Source: Candidatus Bathyarchaeota archaeon (GTDB lineage Archaea > Thermoproteota > Bathyarchaeia > TCS64). Taken from it: a stretch of 64,000 nt of DNA. The translations under genes and the position numbers were made by a program. Below, one piece after another: positions 1 to 9,581 of this stretch (position 1 is its first letter; every line of letters starts with the position of its first letter). The notes beneath the pieces were generated by a model that did no database searches, was not told the origin of the DNA, and worked only from the letters and a program-made list of their open reading frames with translations. The DNA is taken from the NCBI GenBank assembly GCA_963769425.1, contig CAVYLP010000002.1:32001-96000 (forward strand), written 5' to 3'.

Positions 1-1017
1 AGGGCGACCGAGAGTCCGATAGTTGCGGACGGGATATGGGACCGGAGCCAAGCCGCCGACCTTAGGACCAAGTGGATCGGTCTCGAGGCGGGGCTGAAGA
101 AGCTCGATGAGGCGGAGAGGTTCGCCAAGAGCTACACCGGCGCCTGCGGCGGACGTCTTATCCCCGCTATCTACGGGGACATCGTCGACAAGTGTAGCGC
201 AGAACTACAGAAGGCGATACGTGCCAAGGCGAACGAGTTGAAGGTACCTATCACGATCCACGGCGGGCAGTGGGTGGTTGAGTTCAACAACATGATCAGG
301 ATGTACCGCAGGACCCCCATCGAGTTCCTCAGTGATACGGGGCTCCTCGGCCCCGACCTCATTGTCGGCCACGGTTGGGCGATAGCGGGCCACCCAGTGG
401 TTAGCTACCCGCCTGTCGATGGTTGAGATCTCGCCATACTCGCAAAGAGTGGCGCTACTGTGAGCCACGACCCACTTGTCTTCGTTAAACGCGGCAACAA
501 GATGCACAGCCACACCGCCTACCTCAAGGCGGGTGTCAACGTCAGCATAGGCACAGATACGGTGCCGCAGGACCTCCTCAACGAGATGAGGATGGCGAGC
601 TACACATCGAAGCTGGCGGACTGGGATTGCCACAGCGGGGCGAGCAGGGACATATTCAATAGCGCCACCCTCGGGGGCGCGAAGGGTTTGGGCAGGAGCG
701 ACCTTGGTCGCCTCGCCCCCGGGGCTCTAGCCGACATCGCCGTTGTCGACATGGAGACCTTCAACGGCGTCCCCTACCGCGACCCCATAAAGAACCTCAT
801 AAACAGCAGCCAGCGCGCCGACGTCAAATGGGTTATAGTGGATGGTAATGTAGTCGTTGAGGATGGAAAACTAACAACAATCGACGAAAAGAAGCTACTA
901 AGGGATGTCCAGAAGGCAGGCGAGGACATCTGGGCACGGATACCAGAGCACCACTATCTTAAGCAGACCGCCGACGAGGTAAGCCCACTCGCGTTCAAGC
1001 TTTGGGATGAAAAATAG
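1..1017 (+). CDS. Amidohydrolase (chlorohydrolase/MTA-SAH deaminase family), 5'-partial, with one in-frame TGA at 424-426
   Basis: Frame 1 is open from base 1. ORFs 238-426 and 460-1017 are in the same frame. Motifs ITIH, IVGH, SIGTD, ATLGGAKGLG, GRLAPGALADIAVVD. Confidence 0.85.
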
Positions 1018-1021
1018 ATAG

Positions 1022-1621
1022 TCACTGCGATTCCCTAAACGCCTCGGCCCCAAACCTGAACGCCTTCGTGTTCAGCTCTAAGAATCGGGCTGAGATTGAC
1101 TCATTCATCATCGCTGTTATCTCATCCTCGCCGAAGGGGAGGACGTCCGAGGCAGCGAGGGCTCCTAGCATCACCATGTTGGTGGCTATGGGGTCCCCTG
1201 CCTTTTCGGCGAGGCTGGTCGCGTCGAAGACTGCGACCTTGCTCGACACCCTCTTAAGGAGCTTTATCAGCTCCTCCTCCTTCGGGTACTTGCGCATGCC
1301 ACTGATGACCTCGACAGGGGGTATCTTCTTGCTGTTGACTATGGCGAGGCCGCCCTGCTTGAGGTAGGTGACTCCCCTCCGCGTGGCCTCAGCGAGCTCG
1401 AAGCCAAGTAGGGCGTCTGCCTCACCCGGCCTTATCTGTGGAGAGTAGGCTTCACCGATCTGGATGTGTCCCATGACGGGGCCGCCCCTCTGCGCCATCC
1501 CGTAGGTCTCACCAATTCGGACGTTTAACCCCTGCCTGATCGCCGTCTCTGCGATGAGGCGTGTAGCTAAGAGCGTCCCCTGGCCCCCAACACCGGCGAT
1601 TACTACGCGAGTCGTCTTCAT
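1022..1621 (-). CDS. iorB: Indolepyruvate:ferredoxin oxidoreductase beta subunit
   Basis: MKTTRVVIAGVGGQG, ETYGMAQRGG, NMVMLGA. ATG at 1621 is coupled to the iorA stop. Confidence 0.9.
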   Translation of the reverse strand: MKTTRVVIAGVGGQGTLLATRLIAETAIRQGLNVRIGETYGMAQRGGPVMGHIQIGEAYSPQIRPGEADALLGFELAEATRRGVTYLKQGGLAIVNSKKIPPVEVISGMRKYPKEEELIKLLKRVSSKVAVFDATSLAEKAGDPIATNMVMLGALAASDVLPFGEDEITAMMNESISARFLELNTKAFRFGAEAFRESQ

Positions 1622-3017
1622 CACTCGTCCCTCCTGTTGATGCAGCCGACGTAGCACACCTGCGCGCATACGCCGCAGCCCATGCAGATGGTCGGGTCGA
1701 TGCTCGCCTTCTTCTTCTCCTCGTCGAAGCTGAGCCCAGGGCACCCGAACGTGCTAAAGCACTGCTTGCAGCCAACGCACTTCGATTCATCGACTTCGTA
1801 TTGGACGGGGCGCTTCGGTCTCATCCTGCGGACGGCCTCGGTGGCGCAGACGCGTCTACTGATGACCATGGCGACTCCATCGGTCTGTAGCATCCTCTTG
1901 AACGCGGCCTCAGTCGCCTTAGTGTCGTAGGCATCTGCGACCTCGACATGCTCGACGCCGACGGCCTTCGCGATGGCCTCGATGGGTATGCTTACCGTGG
2001 GCTCACCCGTCGCCGTCTTGCCCGACTGGGGGTTGGGCTGGAACCCGGTCATGGCGGTGACGCTGTTGTCGGCGACGACTACCTTGATATTTGTCTTCAT
2101 TTGGACCGCGTTCATGAGGGCGGGTATGGCGGCGTGGAAGAAGGTGCCGTCCCCGATCCAGGCGATGGTGTCGACGCCGACTTGGCTCATCCCCTGGCTC
2201 ACGCCGAGGCTTGCCCCCATGCAGAAGTAGGTGTCCTCGTAGCTCATCGGAGGCGCCCAAGCGAGGCCGTAGCAGCCGATGTCCCCATTTATGACGACCT
2301 TGTGTATGTCGCCCTTCACCGCCTTGACTGCCTTTTTGAGGGCGTAGATGCTCGGACCTGTGTGGGCAGCCCTGCGCAGACGGTGAGCATCCTGCCGAAT
2401 ATCATGTCTTTAGCCTCCTTCTCAACCTTAGAACGCGGATTCGGCGGGATTTTCTCGCCCGAGCATCTCGGCGATGACGCCGTCCACCATCAACAGGCAT
2501 CAGCTCGCCCTCGCCGGGGAGCTTACCGTTAATGACGCCCATAGAGTTCCACACTTCGGGTTAACGTCCTTCGCCAGCGCCTTGACGTGCAGTTCGACGA
2601 ATGGGTCGGGTTCCTCGGTGACGAGGACCTTGTCGACATCCTTTAGGAGCTTAGAGACGAGCCCCTCGGGGAGAGGGTTTGAAGTGCCGAGCTTTAGGAC
2701 TGCGATCTTATCCTTCGCACCCAGCTTGACGAGGGCGTCCATCACGTAGTTGTACGTCTGCCCCGTCGCGATGACGCCGACCCTCTCCTTTCCAGTCATC
2801 ACGAGCTTGTTCAGGGGCGAGGAGTCGAACTCGACCTTGATCTTGGCGATCTTCTCGTTCGCTTCCTTCTCCTGCCGTAGAAGAGCTTGTCGAAGCCCGC
2901 AGCGATGTAACTGAACTGCTCGAAGTCGAACTTCGCCTCTCTGTTAATCTTCTGGGCCTCGTTGCCCATGAGGAGCACCGTCTCCCCCGGCTTATCCACG
3001 GTTACTGGGTTGCTCAT
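1621..3017 (-). pseudogene. iorA: Indolepyruvate:ferredoxin oxidoreductase alpha subunit, fragmented (frameshifts plus internal deletion)
   Basis: Pieces in several frames: N-terminal LLMGNEA, LVTEEPDPFVE, GDIGCY, CMGAS, IGDGTFFHA, DNSVTAMTGFQPNP, and two C-terminal 4Fe-4S motifs. The span is about 465 codons, versus about 600 aa typical. Confidence 0.8.
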
Positions 3018-3071
3018 GGAGTAGGTTTTCTAGCTGAACCATTTATTAGCCTTCATGACGCTTCCTCCTTT

Positions 3072-4118
3072 ATGGCATTAAAGAAGAGAAGACTCGGGAA
3101 GACCGGCCTCCAAGTCACTGAGATGGGCTTCGGCGGGATACCGATACAGAGGGTCTCCGAAGAGGAGGCCATCAGGGTCGTTAAGCGGTGCTACGACCTT
3201 GGCATAAATTACTACGACACCGCCCGGGGCTACACAACTAGCGAGGAACGCATCGGGAAGGCCCTAGATGGTGTGAGAGATAAAGTATACATAGCGACGA
3301 AGAGCCACGCCAAGACGGCGAAGGAGCTACGGGAGAACCTCGCGACAAGCCTCAAGAACCTGCGCACCGACTACCTAGACCTCTACCAGCTACACAACGT
3401 GACGGATGATAGCTGGAAGATAGTCAGCGCCCCTGGGGGAGTCTATGAGGAGATACTGAAGATCAAGGAGGAGGGCATCGCCCGCCACATAGGCGTGACG
3501 AGCCACAGCCCAACATTCCTCACCCGAATCGTCGGCGAGGGCAGCCCCTTCGAAACCATCATGGTCGGGTACAACTACATCGCCCTCGAGCCCTCGAAGG
3601 AGCTCCTCCCCACCTGCAAGAGGATGGACGTCGGTACGATCATAATGAAACCCTTTGGTGGAGGCGCCTTTACAAACGCGCGTACGGCACTCAAGTTCGT
3701 CCTCGCGGACAAGAACGCTGACTGCACCATCCCTGGGATGCAAAACGTAGCCGAGGTTGAGGAAAACATCGCGGTCTGCGGCGGGAGTCTTACTCTGTCG
3801 AAGGACGAACTCGACTCGATCGAGATTGACCGCGCCGCCCTCGGAGACGAGTTCTGCGCTGCGTGCGATTACTGCCAGCCCTGCCCTGTCGGCATTCCCA
3901 TCAGTTTTGTGCTCCGCACCGAGATGAGCACCCTGCGTCGTATGGGTTGGACTGAGGGCACGATAAAGCAGACGAGGGAGACTGCACCCAAGGTGGCGGC
4001 CTGCCTTGACTGCGGCGCCTGCGAGACACGCTGCCCATACCAGCTCCCGATAAGGAAACTCCTCCCAGAGAAGATGGACGCCCTACTCAAGCGCCTTGAG
4101 GAGCGGAGCATCCCATAG
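3072..4118 (+). CDS. Aldo/keto reductase with C-terminal 4Fe-4S dicluster domain
   Basis: LGKTG..MGFGG, YDTARGY, IATK, DLYQLH; CAACDYCQPCP and CLDCGACETRCP. Confidence 0.9.
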   Translation: MALKKRRLGKTGLQVTEMGFGGIPIQRVSEEEAIRVVKRCYDLGINYYDTARGYTTSEERIGKALDGVRDKVYIATKSHAKTAKELRENLATSLKNLRTDYLDLYQLHNVTDDSWKIVSAPGGVYEEILKIKEEGIARHIGVTSHSPTFLTRIVGEGSPFETIMVGYNYIALEPSKELLPTCKRMDVGTIIMKPFGGGAFTNARTALKFVLADKNADCTIPGMQNVAEVEENIAVCGGSLTLSKDELDSIEIDRAALGDEFCAACDYCQPCPVGIPISFVLRTEMSTLRRMGWTEGTIKQTRETAPKVAACLDCGACETRCPYQLPIRKLLPEKMDALLKRLEERSIP

Positions 4119-4226
4119 ACAACAGCCTTTTCTATACTCCCCTTTATACAGCAGAGTTCATCGAAGACCGATCCAAAGTATAAACAGGGAAAGTGGTAAA
4201 ACTACCTTCCACAACACTTCCACCGT

Positions 4227-5522
4227 ATGAGTGTCTCAAAGGTTTTCGCGGAAGCGGACAAGACATCGAAGGAAGTCGCTGAGCTCACGTCGGGGCTCGT
4301 GAAGTTCAACAGTGCCCATCCCGAGGGGCGTACCGACGAGATAGTTCCCTACATCGCAGAGTACCTCGAGAAGTACGGCATCGAGCACGAGGTGCACGCT
4401 GAGGACCCGAAGAAGCCGAATATAGTAGCAAAGCTTCCGGGGAGGTCCGATCACAAGATCCTTTGGCTGGGACACATCGACGTCGTCCCCGAGGGGAAGC
4501 CGGAAGCGTGGAAATACCCCGCCTACGACGGTGTCATAAAAGACGGGATCGTCCACGGCAGGGGCAGCAGCGACATGAAGGGAAGCGACGCCGCTGCGTT
4601 GGTAAGCACCCGAATACTCAGCAAGATGAGGCTACCCCACCCAGTCGAGTTCTGGTTCACATCCGACGAGGAAATCGGAGGCGGCGCAGGGGCGAAGTGG
4701 CTCGCCGAATCAGGCCGCTTCAAGGGAGAGGTTTGCATCATAGGCGACGGTAACGGAGGGGGAGCTGAGAATCCGAGCATTGATCTTGGGTGCAAGGGTG
4801 GCGCGCAGACTCGCCTCATCGCCAGGGGCAAGACCGCCCACGGCAGCACACCCTTCCTAGGCGACAACGCTATCACCAAACTCATCAAGGTAATACCCGA
4901 AGTCTACAAGATTGGCAACTTTAAGCTAACCCTACCCGAGAACCTCAACAAACCCATCAGGGACAGTGTCAAGTTCTATATGGGCGATGCAAAGAGTCCC
5001 GAGTTAAAGAAGGCGGTCAAGCGACTCTTCAACTACCCTACCGTCACCTGCAACATCATCAACGGCGGCGTCAAGATCAACGTCGTCCCCGACTACGCAG
5101 AAGCAGAGTTCGACATTCGCCTTACACCAGGCGCAAGTGTTTCAGCCGTGAGGAAGGAGATTGAAAAAATAGTGAAGGCGGCGGGAGTCCCCGGCGTCGA
5201 GATAGCCGCCGGTACTGAGACACACGCAAGGGCTTCTGGGAAGCTCGGAGACCAAGCAGGATTCTACGAGAGCCCCGACACAGTCTTCGCCAAGCAGCTC
5301 TCCAAGACCATAAGGAAGGCAATCGGAAAGAGACCCGGCATGAAGATACTCACCGGCGGAACAGATGGAATCAGCACTAGCAAGATCTCGGGCATACCCA
5401 GCCTCGGCTACGGCACAAGCATCAGCGGCGTTGCCCACCAGCCGAATGAGTATATCACGGTAGAGAACTTAGTCCTCGGTGTCAAGATCTACGCTGCTTT
5501 CCCCTACTTCTACAAACCGTAA
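4227..5522 (+). CDS. M20 family metallopeptidase (ArgE/DapE-like)
   Basis: GHIDVVP, GRGSSDMKG, DEEIGG, GKTAHGS, GGTD, AHQPNE. Confidence 0.9.
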   Translation: MSVSKVFAEADKTSKEVAELTSGLVKFNSAHPEGRTDEIVPYIAEYLEKYGIEHEVHAEDPKKPNIVAKLPGRSDHKILWLGHIDVVPEGKPEAWKYPAYDGVIKDGIVHGRGSSDMKGSDAAALVSTRILSKMRLPHPVEFWFTSDEEIGGGAGAKWLAESGRFKGEVCIIGDGNGGGAENPSIDLGCKGGAQTRLIARGKTAHGSTPFLGDNAITKLIKVIPEVYKIGNFKLTLPENLNKPIRDSVKFYMGDAKSPELKKAVKRLFNYPTVTCNIINGGVKINVVPDYAEAEFDIRLTPGASVSAVRKEIEKIVKAAGVPGVEIAAGTETHARASGKLGDQAGFYESPDTVFAKQLSKTIRKAIGKRPGMKILTGGTDGISTSKISGIPSLGYGTSISGVAHQPNEYITVENLVLGVKIYAAFPYFYKP

Positions 5523-5639
5523 ACCGGCTCTGAACGCCACTAAACCATCCTTTTTCCACCATATCTAAAAAGAGTAGAATAACACCCCAGACGGAGCCCA
5601 AAACGAAGCTAATTATCGAAAGAACCCTAAAAACAGGGC

Positions 5640-5710
5640 AGTTATTATTCTGTGAATTAATGATATTTAATTGTAAAAATTATCGCCAATATTTATTATT
5701 ATCAATTTAC
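5640..5710. promoter_or_regulatory. Strongly AT-rich tract (possible DNA unwinding element)
   Basis: GTTATTATTCTGTGAATTAATGATATTTAATTGTAAAAATTATCGCCAATATTTATTATTATCAATTTAC in a GC-rich context. Confidence 0.45.
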
Positions 5711-5930
5711 GTAGATCTCCGTATCCATCTACATCTATCAGTTGTTCTATCTCAGCTCCGTGAATAGATACTTCCTCATGATAACCATCCCGCACGGATA
5801 CCTGCCACTAGGAATCGATTCTCGTCGCGGCTATATTTGGTGTATTCTAATCCGAGATCGTCATCGAGCCCCTTCCTCCTCTTAACCTCGGTAAAAATGC
5901 ATGACTTCATTCGACTACACCGCAGACTGT

Positions 5931-6206
5931 TGATCCAGTGTCGGGATCAAGTGATCCAGTGGCAGGATCAGTTGATCCCACTAGGGGGGTATAGGCTGAT
6001 CCAAGTAGCGGATCATCTGATCCAGTAGGGGGGGTATAGGTGTACATGATCTCTGTCCATCTGATCCCAGTAGCAGGGTATCCGATTCCCAGTAGGGGGG
6101 ATCGGTGTACCCAATAGGGGGGGTATAACGTTTTTTTTCGCGTGTTTGATCCAGTAGGAGGGTACAGCGTCTACGCCTCCTACTTTCATTTCCCCAGTGG
6201 AAGTAG
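5931..6206 (+). repeat. Array of ~10 imperfect direct repeats, consensus TGATCC(C)AGTAG-G(n)-G(A/G)T(C/A); candidate replication-origin/iteron array
   Basis: Units start at 5931, 5952, 5973, 5997, 6018, 6062, 6084, 6107, 6147 and 6189. There are 12 GATC sites in 5932-6151 and G-strings of 6-7 G. Confidence 0.75.
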
Positions 6207-6380
6207 GTCTTTGAAGGGCGATGGTGGTAGAGCCGGTAATCCCCTATGGGTTTGAGAAGGAGCGTGACATGTGGAGGATACGGTTCGTGGACACAGTAAA
6301 CACACATAGAATTCACTTACCCATTAGTCCAGAAAACAGTTATCTCACGATTATGTACCAAAATGAGACAATTAAGCGTA

Positions 6381-6956
6381 TTACCCGAGGTTTCTGGGTT
6401 TTGCTACAATCTCCCTGATCTCCAACTCATAGAATTTCCTCGGGTACGCGGGCTTAACAACTATGCAGGTATCGGTGCCCTCGGCGGTTCCTGCTATGGC
6501 CATTACCTCCTTATCCATAGGGATCAATCCCGCGTCGGCCGCCATGAGGACGATCTCGACACAGACCTTCATACCCTGCCCGAAGCGGTAGAGGGTGTCC
6601 CTCACGACCTCTTCGATGCTCTTCCCACCACTCTTCTCAGTGAAGCTGCTAGCGACGCCGTCGCCTAGGGCATGGCTAGCGACGAGGGGCTTAATCCCCG
6701 CCCTCTCAAGTCGTTTCTTCTCCGCGTCGGTGAAGCACCAACCATTCTCCTTATAACCTTCAGCTATTCCAACAGCGACAAGGTTGATGCCTGGGTCGGC
6801 GAAGACCTCCTTCGCCTTGATCGCGGTTCCCCCGTGCGTCGAGGCTACGACGACATCTTTAATCTTCAGCTCCGTCGCTCGCTTCTTCGCTGCGGCGAGG
6901 ACGAGTTCGGTACTCCCAGAGCCGGTCGACTCACAGTATAGAATCGTCTTCTCCAA
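6381..6956 (-). CDS. Pyruvate-kinase C-terminal-like (alpha/beta) domain protein, COG1751 type
   Basis: VVVASTHGGTA, TLYRFGQGMKVCVEIVLMAADAG, IREIVAKPR. Confidence 0.85.
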   Translation of the reverse strand: MEKTILYCESTGSGSTELVLAAAKKRATELKIKDVVVASTHGGTAIKAKEVFADPGINLVAVGIAEGYKENGWCFTDAEKKRLERAGIKPLVASHALGDGVASSFTEKSGGKSIEEVVRDTLYRFGQGMKVCVEIVLMAADAGLIPMDKEVMAIAGTAEGTDTCIVVKPAYPRKFYELEIREIVAKPRNLG

Positions 6957-7005
6957 TCAGTACACCGGATGTATGAGAGGTTACAATCCAGATAAGTTGT
7001 TGGGG

Positions 7006-7081
7006 TGGCGCGGCCGGCAGGATTCGGACCCGCGACCATGGGCTCCGAAGGCCCACGCTCTATCCGCTAAGCTACGGCCGC
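7006..7081 (-). tRNA. tRNA-Arg(TCG), intronless, CCA encoded
   Basis: Reverse complement GCGGCCG..TGGGC-CTTCGGA-GCCCA..GCGGG-TCCGAAT-CCTGC-CGGCCGC-G-CCA folds as a cloverleaf. Confidence 0.9.
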
Positions 7082-7180
7082 ACCAGCAGGGATGCATGCA
7101 CCAACGCAGTTAAGCGTTATCACGCCGGGCGAACCCATAATAAGGCAGCGCTAGACGAATACAACAAAAAGGGAGCCCCA

Positions 7181-7636
7181 ATGCAAGAGGAGAGACTCGC
7201 CAAGGTCGCGGAGATAAGCGTCTTCGCACACGCCACGGAGGACGAGGAAAAGGTCAAGCAGGCCGTCAAGAGGATCGCCCCGTACGAGCACGTCTTCGAG
7301 TCCCAGCGTCTCTCCGGCCACTATGAGGACCCGATAATCCTCATCACCTCGAAGACGACTAAGAAGAAGGAGGCTACAGACCTCCTTGCCAACATCGTTA
7401 GGAAACTCTCAAGCTTAGATAAGCAAACCCTTCTCGATGAGCTCCCAAACCACATCGACCCACAGGGCAACCTCTACCTACGTTTCGACAAGCAGAGGGC
7501 GTTCAACGGCAGGGTCACCCTGCAGGAAAACGACCCCATACGCGTCAAGATCAAGTTCCAGCTCCCCCACAAGGCCGACCCAGTCGTCGTCATAAGGGAG
7601 TGTATCATCAACCTGGAGGACGACACCGGGGAATGA
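7181..7636 (+). CDS. Exosome-superoperon RNA-binding protein (COG1325)
   Basis: FAHATEDEEKV, GHYEDPI, LYLRFDKQ; conserved position before rnp3. Confidence 0.85.
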   Translation: MQEERLAKVAEISVFAHATEDEEKVKQAVKRIAPYEHVFESQRLSGHYEDPIILITSKTTKKKEATDLLANIVRKLSSLDKQTLLDELPNHIDPQGNLYLRFDKQRAFNGRVTLQENDPIRVKIKFQLPHKADPVVVIRECIINLEDDTGE

Positions 7637-8289
7637 GACACTACGTCGACCTCCACCTCAGACCCTCCGCTTCGGAGCAGGCGCTTGAGATGGTTAACCT
7701 CGCCCACCGGCTCGGGTACACGCACGTCGCCTCGACGAAATCCCCGACAGATTCAAACGATAAAATAACGGCAGCTACCCGCATAGACATCGAGGCGAGG
7801 CAATGCAAGGAACTGGTCGACGGCCTCAAGAGGAACAGGAGGAGGGTCGACGTAATCGCGGTCAGGTGCTACTCCAAAGAGGTGGCGAGGCAGGCCGCCA
7901 AGGACGACCGCGTTGACATACTTCTCTTCCCCGACGACCCGGCTCAGAGGAAGCGGAACTGGCTCGACCACCACGAGGCCGAGCTAGTCGAGGGAACCGG
8001 GCGCGCCTACGAGGTGAACGCCTCGGACCTACTAGCGACGAGCCCGACTCATCTGGCTAAGGTGATTACCCAGCTCAAGCGGGATCTAGTGGTGGCGATG
8101 AGGCACGACATACCTATCGTGCTGTCAAGCGGGGCGACGACGCCTTTCTCAATGAGGGAGCCGAGGGCGCTATCCGCACTAGCCAGCCTCCTCGACATCG
8201 ACGAGGAATACGCCGTCGATATGATATCCACCGTACCCGAGGCGATCCTCGAGAGGAACCATACCAAACTCAGAGAGGAGGGACCATAA
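7633..8289 (+). CDS. rnp3: RNase P protein component 3 (Rpp30)
   Basis: YVDLH, RQAAKDDRVDIL, IVLSSGA..MREPR. Confidence 0.85.
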   Translation: MRHYVDLHLRPSASEQALEMVNLAHRLGYTHVASTKSPTDSNDKITAATRIDIEARQCKELVDGLKRNRRRVDVIAVRCYSKEVARQAAKDDRVDILLFPDDPAQRKRNWLDHHEAELVEGTGRAYEVNASDLLATSPTHLAKVITQLKRDLVVAMRHDIPIVLSSGATTPFSMREPRALSALASLLDIDEEYAVDMISTVPEAILERNHTKLREEGP

Positions 8290-8639
8290 TGCCGGTCAGG
8301 GGAATCAGGCGTAGGTATCTGCTCTTCAACGTCGCAGGGGAACATTCGCTAGGTGAGAAGGCTATCTGGGAGACGATCAGGGACTCTATTCTTACCCTCT
8401 ACGGCTCGAAGGGGCTTTCACTCATCGACCCCAACTTGATCGAGTATAACGAGGAGACTAAAAACGGGATAATCAGGTGCACCCACGACACAGAGAGGTT
8501 CCTAAGGGCCTCACTCGCCTCTATCATGATCGTGTCGAGCATACCAGTTGCCTTCAGGGTCCAGAGGACCAGCGGCACCATCAAGGCGCTCCGCAGGAAG
8601 GCGGGGATCGAGAAGCCAAAAAAAGAAGAGGATAAGTGA
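8289..8639 (+). CDS. rnp2: RNase P protein component 2 (Pop5)
   Basis: [27 protein letters not shown]. Confidence 0.9.
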   Translation: MPVRGIRRRYLLFNVAGEHSLGEKAIWETIRDSILTLYGSKGLSLIDPNLIEYNEETKNGIIRCTHDTERFLRASLASIMIVSSIPVAFRVQRTSGTIKALRRKAGIEKPKKEEDK

Positions 8640-8716
8640 ATAGAGAAGTATTTTTATTCCTCCTGATAGTTGACAAGGTAGAATCGCCACAGAGACGTGG
8701 GAAGGAGACTGAAAGA

Positions 8717-8938
8717 ATGATAATACCCGTGAGATGTTTCTCGTGCGGGAAGGTAATAGGCGACAAGTGGGAGCCGTTCAAGAAGCGCGTCGAGGCAGGC
8801 GAAGAGCCCGGCAAGGTTCTCGACGACCTGGGCGTCACCCGCTACTGCTGCCGCCGAATGATACTATCCCACGTAGAGATCATAGACGACGTGATCAAGT
8901 TCCACGAAGGACAGAAAGGTCTAGAGGTCAAGGGGTAA
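8717..8938 (+). CDS. rpoN: RNA polymerase subunit N (Rpo10)
   Basis: [23 protein letters not shown]; start at ATG 8717. Confidence 0.95.
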   Translation: MIIPVRCFSCGKVIGDKWEPFKKRVEAGEEPGKVLDDLGVTRYCCRRMILSHVEIIDDVIKFHEGQKGLEVKG

Positions 8939-8943
8939 ACTAG

Positions 8944-9570
8944 TTGGAACCGGAGAATGAGGCACAGCAGCCGATCAACGAGAACCTACTGCTACCGCAG
9001 GAGGTCCTACTATCAGCGGGCGTCCACATCGGGACACGCGTGAAAACAAAGGACATGGAGCCATTCATCTACAAGGTCCGCCCAGACGGCCTCTACGTCC
9101 TCGACATGGAGCAGATGAATGAGCGCGTCAAGGTTGCCGCGAAGTTCCTCAGCCGAATGAACCTCAGCAAGGTAGTCGTCGCCTCGAGCAAGCGCTACGG
9201 CAGGAGCCCAGTCGAGATGTTCTGCGAGACCGTCGGCTGCAAGGCCATCACGGGCAGATTCACCTCAGGCACCTTCACAAACCCAGTCTACGCGGGCTTC
9301 TTCGAGCCAACAGCAGTCATCGTGACCGACAGCCTCGCCGACGACCAGATAGTCGTCGAGGCGAGCCAGATCGGCGTCCCGGTGATCGCCCTAGCCAGCA
9401 CGGATAACAGCAAGAGCAACGTCGACCTCGTAATCCCCATGAACAACAAGGGTCGCCGAGCACTCGCCATCGCCTTCTGGCTCATCGCGCGCGAGATACT
9501 CAAGGAGCGCAACGAGCTACCCGCCAGCGGCGAGATGAAGTACAGCATCGACGACTTCGAGACCAGTTAG
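8944..9570 (+). CDS. rps2: 30S ribosomal protein S2
   Basis: AGVHIGT, GRFTSGTFTNP, DLVIPMNNKG. Confidence 0.95.
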   Translation: MEPENEAQQPINENLLLPQEVLLSAGVHIGTRVKTKDMEPFIYKVRPDGLYVLDMEQMNERVKVAAKFLSRMNLSKVVVASSKRYGRSPVEMFCETVGCKAITGRFTSGTFTNPVYAGFFEPTAVIVTDSLADDQIVVEASQIGVPVIALASTDNSKSNVDLVIPMNNKGRRALAIAFWLIAREILKERNELPASGEMKYSIDDFETS

Positions 9571-9581
9571 GAGGACTCAAG

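Noticed and set aside
424-426. Selenocysteine codon
   Set aside because: The position is not in a Cys-like catalytic motif, no SECIS was recognised, and errors are common in this window.
5931-6206. CRISPR array
   Set aside because: Units are degenerate and nearly adjacent, with no 30-40-bp unique spacers and no cas genes in the window.
5837-6418. ORFs 5837-6028, 5981-6316 and 6221-6418 as genes
   Set aside because: They translate the repeat tract, show no motifs and overlap one another.
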